Positions 39,401 to 49,706 of a DNA stretch of 64,000 bases are shown in pieces. Position 1 is the stretch's first letter; the number at the start of each line of letters is the position of its first letter. The notes below the pieces were generated by a model that saw only the letters and a list, made by a program, of their open reading frames with translations, had not been told where the DNA came from and ran no database searches. The stretch lies in NCBI GenBank assembly GCA_965215015.1, contig OZ244042.1:4000001-4064000 (forward strand), read 5' to 3'. The stretch comes from Candidatus Poribacteria bacterium. GTDB lineage: Bacteria > Poribacteria > WGA-4E > PCPOR2b. The translations under genes and the position numbers were made by a program.

Positions 39401-41020
39401 TTGACGAAATTACAAATTCGCCCGATGGTAATTATCATTCGGGATGGTTGGGGACATAATCCCTATCCGGAGTGGAACGGAGCCAATGCAATTCATCTCG
39501 CGAAAACGCCGGTCAATGATTGGCTCATTCGGGAATATCCACATGTACACATTCATACCTCCGGCGCAGATGTTGGTCTGCCACCGGGCGTAATAGGGAA
39601 TAGCGAGGTAGGGCACCAAAACATCGGTGCCGGTCGAATTGTCGACCAGGAACTTTTACGGATCAGCAAAATGGTTCACTCAGGTGAATTCGCACGAAAC
39701 CAATCGTTGGTTGCTGCGGTGAACCATGTCAAATCACAGGGGAGCAATCTCCATCTCATAGGGTTGGCAAGCGCATCCGGTGTGCATAGTTCACTAAATC
39801 ACCTTTATGCCCTGCTTGCACTAGCAAAGGAGACAGGCATTCCCGCTGCCCGTGTTTTGGTGCACAACTTCAGCGACGGCCGCGATAGCCTGCCCATGAG
39901 TGGCATCAACTTCTGTAGGCAAATCGAAGCCAAAATGAAGGAGATTGGTGTCGGACGGATCGCTTCAGTAGTGGGTCGATATTATGCTATGGATCGTGAT
40001 GATCGTTGGGATCGTGTGGAGAAGGCTTACCGGTTGTTGACCGAGGGAGAAGGACATCGCGTACCGTCCGCGGTCAAAGGTTACCAACGCTACTATGACA
40101 CCCCCGCCAAGAGCAGCCAAGTCGGGGACGAATTTATTGAGCCGACAGCTGTTACCGACGATCAAGGGCATCCGTTGCCGAGAATCTCCGATGGCGATGC
40201 AGTAATTTTCTATAATTTTCGTGGGGATAGACCGCGCCAACTCTGCAAGGCTTTCTGTCTCACAGAGTTTCCATTTGAAGCCACTGGCAAAGACGGGGTC
40301 ATCCAGCGAATGGGTTTTGAGCGTGGAAAGAAGTTGGAGATTAAGTTTGTCACAATGACTGAATACGAGCAGGGGCTTCCGGTAGAGGTGGCAATTCCCA
40401 AGCCCCCTAAGATGCATAACATTTTGGGGGCGTATGCGAGTGATGTTGGATTGACGCAATTTCGTTGCGCTGAAACGGAGAAATTCTCGCACGTTACCTT
40501 TTTCTTTAACGATTATCGTGACGGACCTTTTGATCGGGAAGATTGGCAAATTATTCCGTCGCCGCGCGATGTATTGACATATGATCAGAAGCCTGAAATG
40601 TCCGCGCCGGAAGTGACTGAAGAGATGTCCCGCCGGATAGCGTCGGACAAATATGACCTGTTCATTCTGAACTATGCAAACGGGGACATGGTTGGCCATA
40701 CAGGGTCGCTGCCAGCCTCGATTAAGGCAGTAGAAACAGTGGATGCCTGTGTTGGCAAAGTGGTTGATGCGGTGATAGCAAAGGGTGGTGCCTTAATCGT
40801 GACTGCCGATCACGGCAACTGTGAGCAGATGATTGATCCCGAGAGCGGCGGCCCGCACACCGCACACACAACATACCCTGTCAATCTCATCGTTGTTGAT
40901 GGTCGCTTTAAGGGTTGTCAATTAAGGACAGATGGCAGACTAGCGGATATCGCTCCGACTGCGCTAAAATTGCTGGGTTTAGATCAGCCGCCTGAAATGA
41001 CTGGACAATCACTGTTTTGA
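39401..41020 (+). CDS. gpmI: 2,3-bisphosphoglycerate-independent phosphoglycerate mutase
   Basis: DGWG, GNSEVGH, DGRD, GRYYAMDRD, NFRGDR, AETEK..HVTFF, DMVGHTG, TADHGN, HTAHT. Confidence 0.96.
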   Translation: MTKLQIRPMVIIIRDGWGHNPYPEWNGANAIHLAKTPVNDWLIREYPHVHIHTSGADVGLPPGVIGNSEVGHQNIGAGRIVDQELLRISKMVHSGEFARNQSLVAAVNHVKSQGSNLHLIGLASASGVHSSLNHLYALLALAKETGIPAARVLVHNFSDGRDSLPMSGINFCRQIEAKMKEIGVGRIASVVGRYYAMDRDDRWDRVEKAYRLLTEGEGHRVPSAVKGYQRYYDTPAKSSQVGDEFIEPTAVTDDQGHPLPRISDGDAVIFYNFRGDRPRQLCKAFCLTEFPFEATGKDGVIQRMGFERGKKLEIKFVTMTEYEQGLPVEVAIPKPPKMHNILGAYASDVGLTQFRCAETEKFSHVTFFFNDYRDGPFDREDWQIIPSPRDVLTYDQKPEMSAPEVTEEMSRRIASDKYDLFILNYANGDMVGHTGSLPASIKAVETVDACVGKVVDAVIAKGGALIVTADHGNCEQMIDPESGGPHTAHTTYPVNLIVVDGRFKGCQLRTDGRLADIAPTALKLLGLDQPPEMTGQSLF

Positions 41021-41072
41021 AAATTCAGATTAGAATCTAAAAAGAAAAGGATGCCCCAAGAGTTGATGTTCA

Positions 41073-41325
41073 GAACTTGTTTTAAGAAGCAAGAAATTGT
41101 CCCAGAGTGCTGTGGATTTGTCAATACAGCGAGCCGCAGCACGGGCTAGGGGTTGGGGGGGGCAACTCGTCGAACCTGGATACCAAGCCCCTACTATTGA
41201 ATATAGTGATAATATACGGTTGAATCCTGTAGATCCTTCTGGATAGGGGAAGGAACCGAGTTTTGAAGAAAAAACTCGGTTTCAGGGCAAATCACTTTAC
41301 CCAAAATGACTTTCCCAACAGGTTC
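41073..41325. mobile_element. IS5-like MITE, copy 2
   Basis: GAACTTGTTTTAAGAAGCAAG...GTGGATTTGTCAAT...CAACAGGTTC, flanked by TCA/TTA; homologous to 26718-26931. Confidence 0.65.
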
Positions 41326-41365
41326 TTAGGACTTCCTCACCTTTGCTGCTTCATATTTTACGACG

Positions 41366-42451
41366 ATGACGCACATTCCGCTGATAACCACAACTGGACG
41401 AACGAACGATAATCCGGGTGATACCTTCATTGGGGTAGGGCTTCAATATCTGTTTGAACAGGCGTTGGGACCTCAGGTGTGGGTACTCATTGACCGTTTC
41501 AGTCCGAAGGGTTTCCGTGACTATGAAGCTGTTGTTCGGGAGGCACCGTTTCTGGTTTATGGTGGGATGCCGCAATATAATAATTACGACGCTTGGAAGC
41601 ATTGGTACGATGACGCGATGTGGCGTGATTTTATTATTCGTTGGGGGCTAAAAATCTTTACAATGGCGGGGGGGGCAGGTTTTTCCCACCCGGACATTAG
41701 CATTGATGCGTATGTCGCCTACTGCGTGAAAAGTAAAAAAACAGAGCGGATTATCCGTCAACGGATTGAACCCAGTCTCTGCTTCGCTGTCCGCGATGCC
41801 TATGCACATGCACTGCTGAATGCGCTCGATATACCGAATAGCTACCTCCCATGCTCCGCGGTTTGGGCGTGTAAAATGTGGAATATTGAACCGGCGCAGC
41901 AGAGACCCTACCTCATACTTGTTCCACCCTCACCGCGCCACACACCGAAGCGGATTGGACGCAGACGCATTCCCCGCCCTAGAAGACTCCAACAATTCGC
42001 GGAGGGTTGGAAGAATTTCTACGAAGTGCTCAAGCAAAATGATTACGATGTTCGGGTGCTCTGTCATGCTTATAGGGAGTACGCTGCCCTCCGCGAGACA
42101 ATTCCGCCCGAAGCCCTTTGGTTTCACGGAGATCCCTATACGCTACTGCGCCAATACGCCTCCGCTCATACGGTTGTGTCCGCACGTCTGCATGGCAGCC
42201 TGCCGGCTTATGGAATCTGTGGGACACGGGTGTTAAATCTCTCTGTGGATGTGCGCGGTTCCACTGTCGAGGTTTTTCCAAAGATACACAACCTCCGCAT
42301 TAACGATGCAACGCCCGATGTGCTCTTATCGGCGATAGACCAGCTCAAGCCTTCAACATCGGAAGATTTCCAACGTCCAGCGGAGGCATATCAGGAGCTA
42401 ATTCAATTGTCGCTGCCCAACGGGATAAAATTAAGAAGGGACAAGTACTAG
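41366..42451 (+). CDS. Polysaccharide pyruvyl transferase family protein
   Basis: NPGD, YGG, VRD..A, SARLHG motifs. Confidence 0.75.
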   Translation: MTHIPLITTTGRTNDNPGDTFIGVGLQYLFEQALGPQVWVLIDRFSPKGFRDYEAVVREAPFLVYGGMPQYNNYDAWKHWYDDAMWRDFIIRWGLKIFTMAGGAGFSHPDISIDAYVAYCVKSKKTERIIRQRIEPSLCFAVRDAYAHALLNALDIPNSYLPCSAVWACKMWNIEPAQQRPYLILVPPSPRHTPKRIGRRRIPRPRRLQQFAEGWKNFYEVLKQNDYDVRVLCHAYREYAALRETIPPEALWFHGDPYTLLRQYASAHTVVSARLHGSLPAYGICGTRVLNLSVDVRGSTVEVFPKIHNLRINDATPDVLLSAIDQLKPSTSEDFQRPAEAYQELIQLSLPNGIKLRRDKY

Positions 42452-42563
42452 GACATGTTGACATTTTATTGTGGTCAATTCCGCAAACGCTGTAAAATCA
42501 ACCTACAAATTGAAAACTCTCGGAATGGAGAGTGGCTCAATTTGTCAAATGTCAACAGCCCCT
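42450..42563. mobile_element. Short MITE with TGTTGACATTT TIRs
   Basis: AGGACATGTTGACATTT...AAATGTCAACAGCCCCT; a matching solo end lies at ~1528-1550. Confidence 0.6.
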
Positions 42564-42635
42564 AAACTTGCCCCTTCGTAATCACATGATTTGATTTTCA
42601 CTTATTCTTTCGTAAGGATACAAATCAGATGCCGC

Positions 42636-43076
42636 TTACCCTGTTAGGGCAGCATGCCAGTCGCTCCAATCCTCAAGGTTGTTGAGGTTCACGGCGTCCA
42701 AGATTGAACCATCATCAGCAACTCCGGCTGCGCCTAAAATAGCACCGCGTGTGTCGTCATCGTGATTATAGCCTGTGATAGCTGCGTTCAGTTCAGCGAC
42801 TGCCGCACTATCCAGACTTCCGCCTTTTTTGTCCAAAATCCATGTTTCAAACTCAGTATAACTTGGCCGGTTGTCATGGATATATGCCAATGTCTCTTCT
42901 TTATCCAGACCGAGTCCATCGAGAACCATCTGATCGAAGCCTGCACCGCATGCCGGATAGTCCGAATGCAGTTGGCCTGCTGCGTCCAATGTGACCTTGC
43001 TCCAAAATCTTGGTAGATGAAGAACACCCAGGGGACCAGCAACACCTGAACTGATTGTCGGAATAACTCCTGCCAT
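42636..43076 (-). CDS. DUF5069-like protein
   Basis: GPLGVLHLPRFWSK...DY...GFDQMVLDGLGLD; AGGAG SD. Confidence 0.75.
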   Translation of the reverse strand: MAGVIPTISSGVAGPLGVLHLPRFWSKVTLDAAGQLHSDYPACGAGFDQMVLDGLGLDKEETLAYIHDNRPSYTEFETWILDKKGGSLDSAAVAELNAAITGYNHDDDTRGAILGAAGVADDGSILDAVNLNNLEDWSDWHAALTG

Positions 43077-43196
43077 TTTATTTTCTCCTTGTCGTCTATA
43101 GTATTGATGAAACTACAAGCCCAGCCCATCTGGATTTGCAGTCAATTTATTATAGCACACCTTAAAAAAACTAAAAAGCATAAAATGATGCCCCCT

Positions 43197-43880
43197 AGGG
43201 TCATTTATTTAAGGGGTGCTCATAATTATTGTCTGAATCGCGGATGGAAACTGATGAAGCAGATGGCCCGGATTCTTGCCCCGAAAATACCCTATATGTT
43301 GCACGACACGCCGGGCTCATTTAGCCTAGAACCGTAGCGCAATAGTGTGGATATCCTCGGGATTCAAAGCCATCTGAATCAGGATTTTCAGGATCCTGTG
43401 AGATAGATCTGAGAAAGGGGCCTCCTTATTGTCTGAATCACGGATTAAACAGAGGACACGGAGAACATGGATGGGGCACCCTCCGTGACCTCCAAAAAGT
43501 AGTAGGCACACTCCGCGTGCCGTAAACCACACAATCGTTATGGCACCGGCATGGCTAACACGCAACTTCTATTAAACTTCCAACCCGAATAGGAAAAAAC
43601 AAATATCCCCAACCCCGTCGGTAGGGCGTCTTGCCCCATCTCCCGCCGAGCCCCCTATCTGTATCCGATTCATCTGCGTCCTCTGCTGCATCCACGATTC
43701 AGACTATAATTATAAGCACCTCTCATTTAGTTTTCGATTTTCTAACCATTTTGTTTGAAAAGTCGCAACCGGGAGATTGGTCCCCGATAGATCGGGATGC
43801 AAGTTGAAAGCTCGCGGAACGGAGTGCCTACAGTGAGGTGTCGGGATTCGGAGATCTCTTCTGCAGAACTAAATGACCCT
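43197..43880. mobile_element. Nested MITE/REP composite
   Basis: Outer TIRs AGGGTCATTTA/TAAATGACCCT; inner TIRs AGGGGTGCTCATAATTA/TAATTATAAGCACCTCT (43212-43723); several TCTGAATC repeats and REPs. Confidence 0.65.
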
Positions 43881-43893
43881 AAATGCCCACTTA

Positions 43894-45822
43894 TTAGTCT
43901 CGTCCGTAAATTGCATTGGTGTCTATCTTAGCAAGTCCATCAGCCGTGCCGATCCAAGCAGTGCTGGCACCTAGTGCAATGCAACTAACGATAGGCTCAT
44001 TGAGCCGACTGGAAGGAAAGTCGACGGGGTCTCGCCAACCCTCTGCGGTTTTGATCCACACACCACCATTGGTCGCAATCCATACTTTGGGTCCATCTGT
44101 GTTGCTTGGGCTTTTGGTAACAGCGATGTAAATGTTTTGATATGGTACTAGATCGACAAAGCGAAGGACCTCTTCAACTGTACTGCTCAAGTCATTGAGT
44201 TGAATTTCACCATATCCGTTGGCTTTGTCCGCATAATAATTCCATGTAAAGAAGACCTGATCGCTGCTGACATCAAAACTCACGATGGCACTACCGGGTG
44301 TCAAGTCAAGGTCAAGGATGCCAAAGTTTTGCCAATTGTCGAACTGTCGATTGTAGACTGCCATGCCGTTTTGAGAGGTGCCAATCCAACTCCTTTCCGG
44401 TGTGACAGCCAGTGCAACGATATCGTCGGCTGGTAATCCATGGCTTCCTTTGCTATAAGTCCTCCACTCTTCGGTTGACCGCAGATAACGGGCAACCCCT
44501 GCAAAAGTTCCGATCCAAACCTCATCATTAACGCTATCAATTTTGATGTCATATATTGTGTTATCCGGAAGCCCATTACGTATATCGAAAATGTCGGGAA
44601 ATGTTGTCAGCTTATTATAACGAATTATTCCGTGATTCAGCGTTCCAATCCACAATTCCTGTTCATCGACTGCGAGTGCCCGAACATCAATCGGCTTCTC
44701 TTCGTTAAACAGGGTGTTGATGTGGCCGGTTATGTCCGTCACCGGCTGCCACGTTCCCATATGGAGGTCAATTTGTGCTAACCCTTTTGGTGTACCAATC
44801 CATAGCGTTTCTCCGTCAACAGCAATCGCTTGGATCTGGTTGCTTGGTATCCCATCAGAGATAGTGTAGATTGTCCATGCACTTTCGCTTCTTTTCTTTC
44901 GCGCTTCATTCTTCAGTTTGAGATTTGATGTGTAAGAAATAGCAGAATTATAATCAGCGATTGCGTCTGTACTCTGCCGCAACTGTACATGAGCATCCCC
45001 CCGCGCGATATAAGCCTTGGCAAGCCACTGGCTTTGCGGATAATTTAGGATAAAATTACTTAATATTTCCACTGCAATCTCAGCACCCCCTAGTTTGGAC
45101 TGTAGGGCTCCGATAAGGTATAAAGCGCGTTCTATATGTTGACTGACCGGGAAGTATGCCACGGCTTCCTGGAGGATTTTGAGTCCCTCTTGGGGTTCAT
45201 CCAACTCCTCTGCCAACAGAAAGCCTGCGGTGTAAGCTGCGGCCTCTGCACCGTAGCGATCGGGATAAATTTGAAATAACAGCAGGTAGGTATTAACCGC
45301 TTTGCGGTATTCTTCAGCAGCGAGGTAAGCATCGCCTGCTTCCTTAAACTTATCTTCTAGACCGTATGCGTTGGGATTAATCTTCACAACGTGCCCAAAA
45401 TATCGCAGTGCCTCATCTTTGTTCCCTTCCGCTTGGAAGAGGAGAGCGAGCTGATAGTGTGCGTCAGTATATTTGGGATATTCGTCAATTGCCTTCATAA
45501 AATTTGCTTTCGCTCTCTCGTACATATCTAATTGTAGGAACGTCTGACCGTTGAGAAAGTGTTTTTCAGCAGCCTCACTGGGGATAGCACGCGAATCATC
45601 GAAAGCTGTGATATAGACGATTTCATCGAAGGGGATTGAGAGTCTCTGATCGTAGACTTCAATCTGGATCGATTTTTCGTCACCACCTAGCCAACGCCCC
45701 TTGAGATGATCCCCGTTTTCGAGGTAAATTGATATGTGGTATTGTCCATAACCGATGTGTGCACATAAAAGAACTGGGATGAGCCAGATTAGTAGGTGTT
45801 TAAAGTTAAATATCTGTTTCAT
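43894..45822 (-). CDS. Secreted TPR + beta-propeller protein
   Basis: Signal peptide, about 7 TPR/BamD-like repeats, then regulator-propeller-type repeats (DGIPSNQI.AIAVD...LWIGT..GL). Confidence 0.85.
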   Translation of the reverse strand: MKQIFNFKHLLIWLIPVLLCAHIGYGQYHISIYLENGDHLKGRWLGGDEKSIQIEVYDQRLSIPFDEIVYITAFDDSRAIPSEAAEKHFLNGQTFLQLDMYERAKANFMKAIDEYPKYTDAHYQLALLFQAEGNKDEALRYFGHVVKINPNAYGLEDKFKEAGDAYLAAEEYRKAVNTYLLLFQIYPDRYGAEAAAYTAGFLLAEELDEPQEGLKILQEAVAYFPVSQHIERALYLIGALQSKLGGAEIAVEILSNFILNYPQSQWLAKAYIARGDAHVQLRQSTDAIADYNSAISYTSNLKLKNEARKKRSESAWTIYTISDGIPSNQIQAIAVDGETLWIGTPKGLAQIDLHMGTWQPVTDITGHINTLFNEEKPIDVRALAVDEQELWIGTLNHGIIRYNKLTTFPDIFDIRNGLPDNTIYDIKIDSVNDEVWIGTFAGVARYLRSTEEWRTYSKGSHGLPADDIVALAVTPERSWIGTSQNGMAVYNRQFDNWQNFGILDLDLTPGSAIVSFDVSSDQVFFTWNYYADKANGYGEIQLNDLSSTVEEVLRFVDLVPYQNIYIAVTKSPSNTDGPKVWIATNGGVWIKTAEGWRDPVDFPSSRLNEPIVSCIALGASTAWIGTADGLAKIDTNAIYGRD

Positions 45823-46241
45823 TTGATTTCCTCACGCGATTACAAAGTTGTGATGAACGTATTACGTTATCTTGCCCTCTAGCGGTTGTAGGCATATGGT
45901 CTGTCACCGTTTATTTTATTAGGTGTCATTATCTTTTAGCCAACTGACCAGAACTGGCAGCCCAAATCTGCTTATATCGGGTTGCCGTTTGCCGTTATAG
46001 TATACAGTAGCCCCCAATAGCTGTCAAGACGCAGAAATAACGCAAGTTGATACTATCCCAGTAGGTTGAGATTCATATCCCGACGCTCAAATGTCAATTT
46101 TGGAAAATCAACCTACTATCTAAAACGGCCTTGGGGTGCACTGAGTGCCTATTGCACGTCGGAACCTTCATTACTTGACAAATCAGGGCTGTTTTGATAA
46201 TATCTACTAAGTTTTTAGAAATAACGTTGCCCGACTTGATT

Positions 46242-47087
46242 CTAGTTCCCAATTTTATAAAATTGTTTCGCGTTCTCGTGAAAGAGTTTTTGCCTGTCCA
46301 TATCGGTGGCTTCCTGTACTGCCCACAGCAAGGCTTCTACCCACTGTTGGTAGTCAGCGGCTAACGTGCAGACGGGCCAATCGCTGCCGAACATGAGACG
46401 GTCATAGCCAAACGCCGTTACGAGGCGATCGATATACGGCTTTAGCTCTGCTTTCGTCCAGTTCTGGCTAGCAGTTGTTACGATCCCTGAAACTTTGCAA
46501 TGCACGTTATCAAACGAAGCAAGCTCGCTGATATGGTCAGCCCATGGCTGAAATTGTTTCCCTTTTATATCGGGTCCCCCGCAGTGGTTGACTGCGTGTC
46601 GCACATTTGGTGTTGCCTTCACTAAATCGATAGCCGCAGGCAGCTGTTGATGATTGGCACAAAGGTCAAAAGAGAGGTCAAACTTCTCAAGCAGTTGCAC
46701 TCCTTTGGTGAGCTCGGGGCTTCGATAGAACTGGTCATCGGGATGGTGCCACGCCATACGACGAATCGCAACTACGTGCTCGTACTCAACGAGTTGCTTG
46801 AGGATTTCCTCAGTATTTGGGGCTTCAAGCGGTGCAGATGCAACGATGGCACCAATCATACTATCTGTTTGCACAATCTGTGCCAACCACTTGACCTCCT
46901 CAACGATGTGCGCGGGTGCCACATCTGCTTCGACATGGACGGATCGGACAACATTGATTCCCTCGCAGGCTTGACGATAATCCTCGATTAGATAGCGTTT
47001 GCCAAGAGCATCGAAACCGTCCAACCAGGGGTAACTCAAGTTTGAGGTATCCCAGAGATGCTGATGTGTGTCAATGATTTTTAGCAT
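46242..47087 (-). CDS. Amidohydrolase_2 family protein (L-fuconolactonase-like)
   Basis: IIDTHQHLWD, NHCG.P, CKVSG, MFGSDWPV, ENA..FY. Confidence 0.9.
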   Translation of the reverse strand: MLKIIDTHQHLWDTSNLSYPWLDGFDALGKRYLIEDYRQACEGINVVRSVHVEADVAPAHIVEEVKWLAQIVQTDSMIGAIVASAPLEAPNTEEILKQLVEYEHVVAIRRMAWHHPDDQFYRSPELTKGVQLLEKFDLSFDLCANHQQLPAAIDLVKATPNVRHAVNHCGGPDIKGKQFQPWADHISELASFDNVHCKVSGIVTTASQNWTKAELKPYIDRLVTAFGYDRLMFGSDWPVCTLAADYQQWVEALLWAVQEATDMDRQKLFHENAKQFYKIGN

Positions 47088-47289
47088 TTGTGTCCACCTT
47101 TTCTGATTGTTCAATTATCTGCGGGGTGCTCATAAACATGTGTCTCGAATTATGCACACTCCTCAAGTATCTTTGCTAAGGTTTTATCACGGCGTAACCC
47201 CTTGAATGTGTGCGAGGTGTGTATTTTTTACTACATCTCTACTATGACGTTAAAATCGCTTTTTCACCTCCTTTCTTAGGTCCGGTACT

Positions 47290-48354
47290 ATGTCCAATCG
47301 TCGCCTTCCCAATATTCGCAAAATTTTAATCATCCGCAACGATGGCATTGGTGACCTGCTCAATTCAACGCCCGCTATCGCGTTATTGCGTCAAAATTAC
47401 GCCGATGCAGAAATCACGGTGCTCGTCCAACCGTTAAATGCCCCAATCCTGGTTGGCAACCCGGATGTTGATCGGGTGCTGATTTTTGGCAGGGAAGGCG
47501 AACATCGCCGATTGCGAGATCGATTGCGATTTTACCAAAGTTTACGACATGAGGAGTATGACCTTGCCGTTGCGATGCGGACCACCTCATGGTGTAACCT
47601 TGTCACATTCCTATCAGGCGCGAGGTATCGGTTGGGACGCTATCAAAAGCGATTCAAAAGTTTCCTGACACACCCTTGGCGGGGACAGTACAAGAAAGGA
47701 GAGGTCCACGAAGTCGATCGAAATCTTGGTTTGGTGCGGTTGATTTGCGATGGGGCCGAGCATCGTCAGCTAGTGTTAAATCTGCTGGATAATGAAATTA
47801 TAGGCACACAACAACTGTTAGCAGATTGGGAAATCGCGCCGCAAGACTTCGTTGTAGGCATCCATCCGGGGGGTAGTTCGTTTGATAAGCGATGGCCCGA
47901 AGAAAACTACGCCCAAATTGCCGATGGGCTTGCACACGAATACGGTGCGAAGATTTTGATTCTTCGAGGGCCTGACGAGGCGGAGTTGGCTCGAAACCTC
48001 CAGAAAGCCGCACAATCCGAGTCCATTGCCTACGCCCCGAAGTCGATACGTGAGCTGGCTGCTTTGATTAAACGTTGCGATTTCTTTGTGTGTAACGATT
48101 CAGGCCCCATGCACATCGCTGCGGCTTTGGATGTGCGAACTGTTGCGATTTTTGGTCCGACCGATCATGTCGCTTGGAGGCCACTCAGTGAGGAAGCAAC
48201 GATTGTCAGACGGGATATGCCCTGTTGGCCCTGTAGTGCCCACAAATGCAAGATTGGCTGGGAATGTACGAAGAGATTGCCGGTTGATACTGTATGGGGT
48301 CGGGTGGAGGAGTGGACAAAGAATACAATAGACGCTATCGACCAAAAGCAGTGA
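47290..48354 (+). CDS. Glycosyltransferase family 9 (heptosyltransferase-like)
   Basis: IGDLL..TP, HPGG...KRWP, NDSGPMHIAAA, FGPT, CWPC. Confidence 0.93.
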   Translation: MSNRRLPNIRKILIIRNDGIGDLLNSTPAIALLRQNYADAEITVLVQPLNAPILVGNPDVDRVLIFGREGEHRRLRDRLRFYQSLRHEEYDLAVAMRTTSWCNLVTFLSGARYRLGRYQKRFKSFLTHPWRGQYKKGEVHEVDRNLGLVRLICDGAEHRQLVLNLLDNEIIGTQQLLADWEIAPQDFVVGIHPGGSSFDKRWPEENYAQIADGLAHEYGAKILILRGPDEAELARNLQKAAQSESIAYAPKSIRELAALIKRCDFFVCNDSGPMHIAAALDVRTVAIFGPTDHVAWRPLSEEATIVRRDMPCWPCSAHKCKIGWECTKRLPVDTVWGRVEEWTKNTIDAIDQKQ

Positions 48355-48416
48355 TATGGGTGCCCTATTACATGCAGTCAATACGAAGATTCACTCAACT
48401 CCTGTTATTATCGCCC

Positions 48417-49193
48417 CTAAATGAATAGCTCACACACCGTATCGGCACATTTCAAAACGGTGCGATCATCAATCCTCACGGCACCTCGACGGAGATACCC
48501 CTCAATGGATTGCCCTTCAAGGACACGGATTTCCTGTTTATAAGGAGGCTCGATTTTCAGCGGTGTAATCCGGTTAATATTTTTGCACGCTTCAGCCACT
48601 GTTTTTCGGATGGATTCCCTCGATTTCTGGGGAGATAGGTGCAAAGCGAGCTCTTGCCCAAGCCCTTGTTTCGTTTCTACGGCGTATATGTTGGAAATTA
48701 GTTGTTGGGCTTCAACAACCGCTTTATCATCGCCTGAAATGAATGCTGTCGGCACGTCAAATTCCCCTGCCATCGCTGCACGGCAACCAAACTCCCCAAT
48801 CAACCTCTCATTGAGTTTATAGTGTTCGATGGCTCTTGACGAGTAGGTGTGGCTCAATGGTGCGTTCGGTGTGCCCGCCATCGCATGCTGTCCAACGAAA
48901 AGAAGTGCGTCATAGGTTTCATCGAGGTAGTAGGGCGGACCGATGGGCCCTCTCGCAATCAATTTCGCTTCCGGATGAAATTCTAACACATCAATCCCAC
49001 CGTTGCCGTGTCCATCCCAAACAACAATCTCTGCTGCCGGATCCACCGCCAAGATTCCATCAACAGCCGCATTGACTTCCCATGTTAGTAGTTTCATGGC
49101 GGTTTGTTTTTGTGGTCCCTCTTCGCGGGTTTGACTAAATCGGGACACCATCGCAGGGCCTTCTAAATCAGTGAGAATATAGATTTTCATCAA
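48417..49193 (-). CDS. M55 family D-aminopeptidase (DppA-like)
   Basis: TDLEG, DGHG, GQHAMAG, LSHTY, SGDD. Confidence 0.92.
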   Translation of the reverse strand: MMKIYILTDLEGPAMVSRFSQTREEGPQKQTAMKLLTWEVNAAVDGILAVDPAAEIVVWDGHGNGGIDVLEFHPEAKLIARGPIGPPYYLDETYDALLFVGQHAMAGTPNAPLSHTYSSRAIEHYKLNERLIGEFGCRAAMAGEFDVPTAFISGDDKAVVEAQQLISNIYAVETKQGLGQELALHLSPQKSRESIRKTVAEACKNINRITPLKIEPPYKQEIRVLEGQSIEGYLRRGAVRIDDRTVLKCADTVCELFI

Positions 49194-49224
49194 ACCCTCT
49201 TTTTATGCTTGGCACATTTTGTTG

Positions 49225-49635
49225 TCATTTCTTCTTGAGATAGGGAAGCAGTAACTCATGAGCAGTCACCACATTGACCGCAAGAGAATCCAAAGCGAGC
49301 AGCAGTTCGTTCGCATCCATGTTTTCTGTTGCAAGGCTATCCACTAGGACGATGTGTTGGTCATCGGGATCACTTGAATCAATTCCAAAACAGGTTGGCA
49401 GGATTTCAGTGTTTTGATCAAGGATTTTTCCGTAGATTTCCACAAGTTTCGACATATCAAGATCGTTGAGGCTGCACAGATCTACCATAAATTCAATCTG
49501 CGTATCATCAACCACGGCAAACATATTGAGTCCATCTTCATCTTGGATGATAAGGATACTATCCTCTGTAGTAATGCTATATCCCTGTTCGTCTAGGAAT
49601 ACGGTGATGTCTACCGGTGTGTTTAATTTTGCCAT
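49225..49635 (-). CDS. YjfI/DUF2170-like (CesT-fold) protein
   Basis: 136-aa acidic protein downstream of pspA; ILDQNTEILPTCFGI...LVDSL..ENMD.NEL resembles the chaperone-fold family. Confidence 0.6.
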   Translation of the reverse strand: MAKLNTPVDITVFLDEQGYSITTEDSILIIQDEDGLNMFAVVDDTQIEFMVDLCSLNDLDMSKLVEIYGKILDQNTEILPTCFGIDSSDPDDQHIVLVDSLATENMDANELLLALDSLAVNVVTAHELLLPYLKKK

Positions 49636-49706
49636 CGCTCTTCTCCTTCACTGCAACATTTCAAAGATACTTCAGCCGGATCTATCGGTATATCAGGAGC
49701 CTGTTT

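Noticed and set aside
43229-43460. CRISPR-like array from TCTGAATC repeats
   Set aside because: Repeats are short, irregularly spaced and dispersed elsewhere; no cas genes
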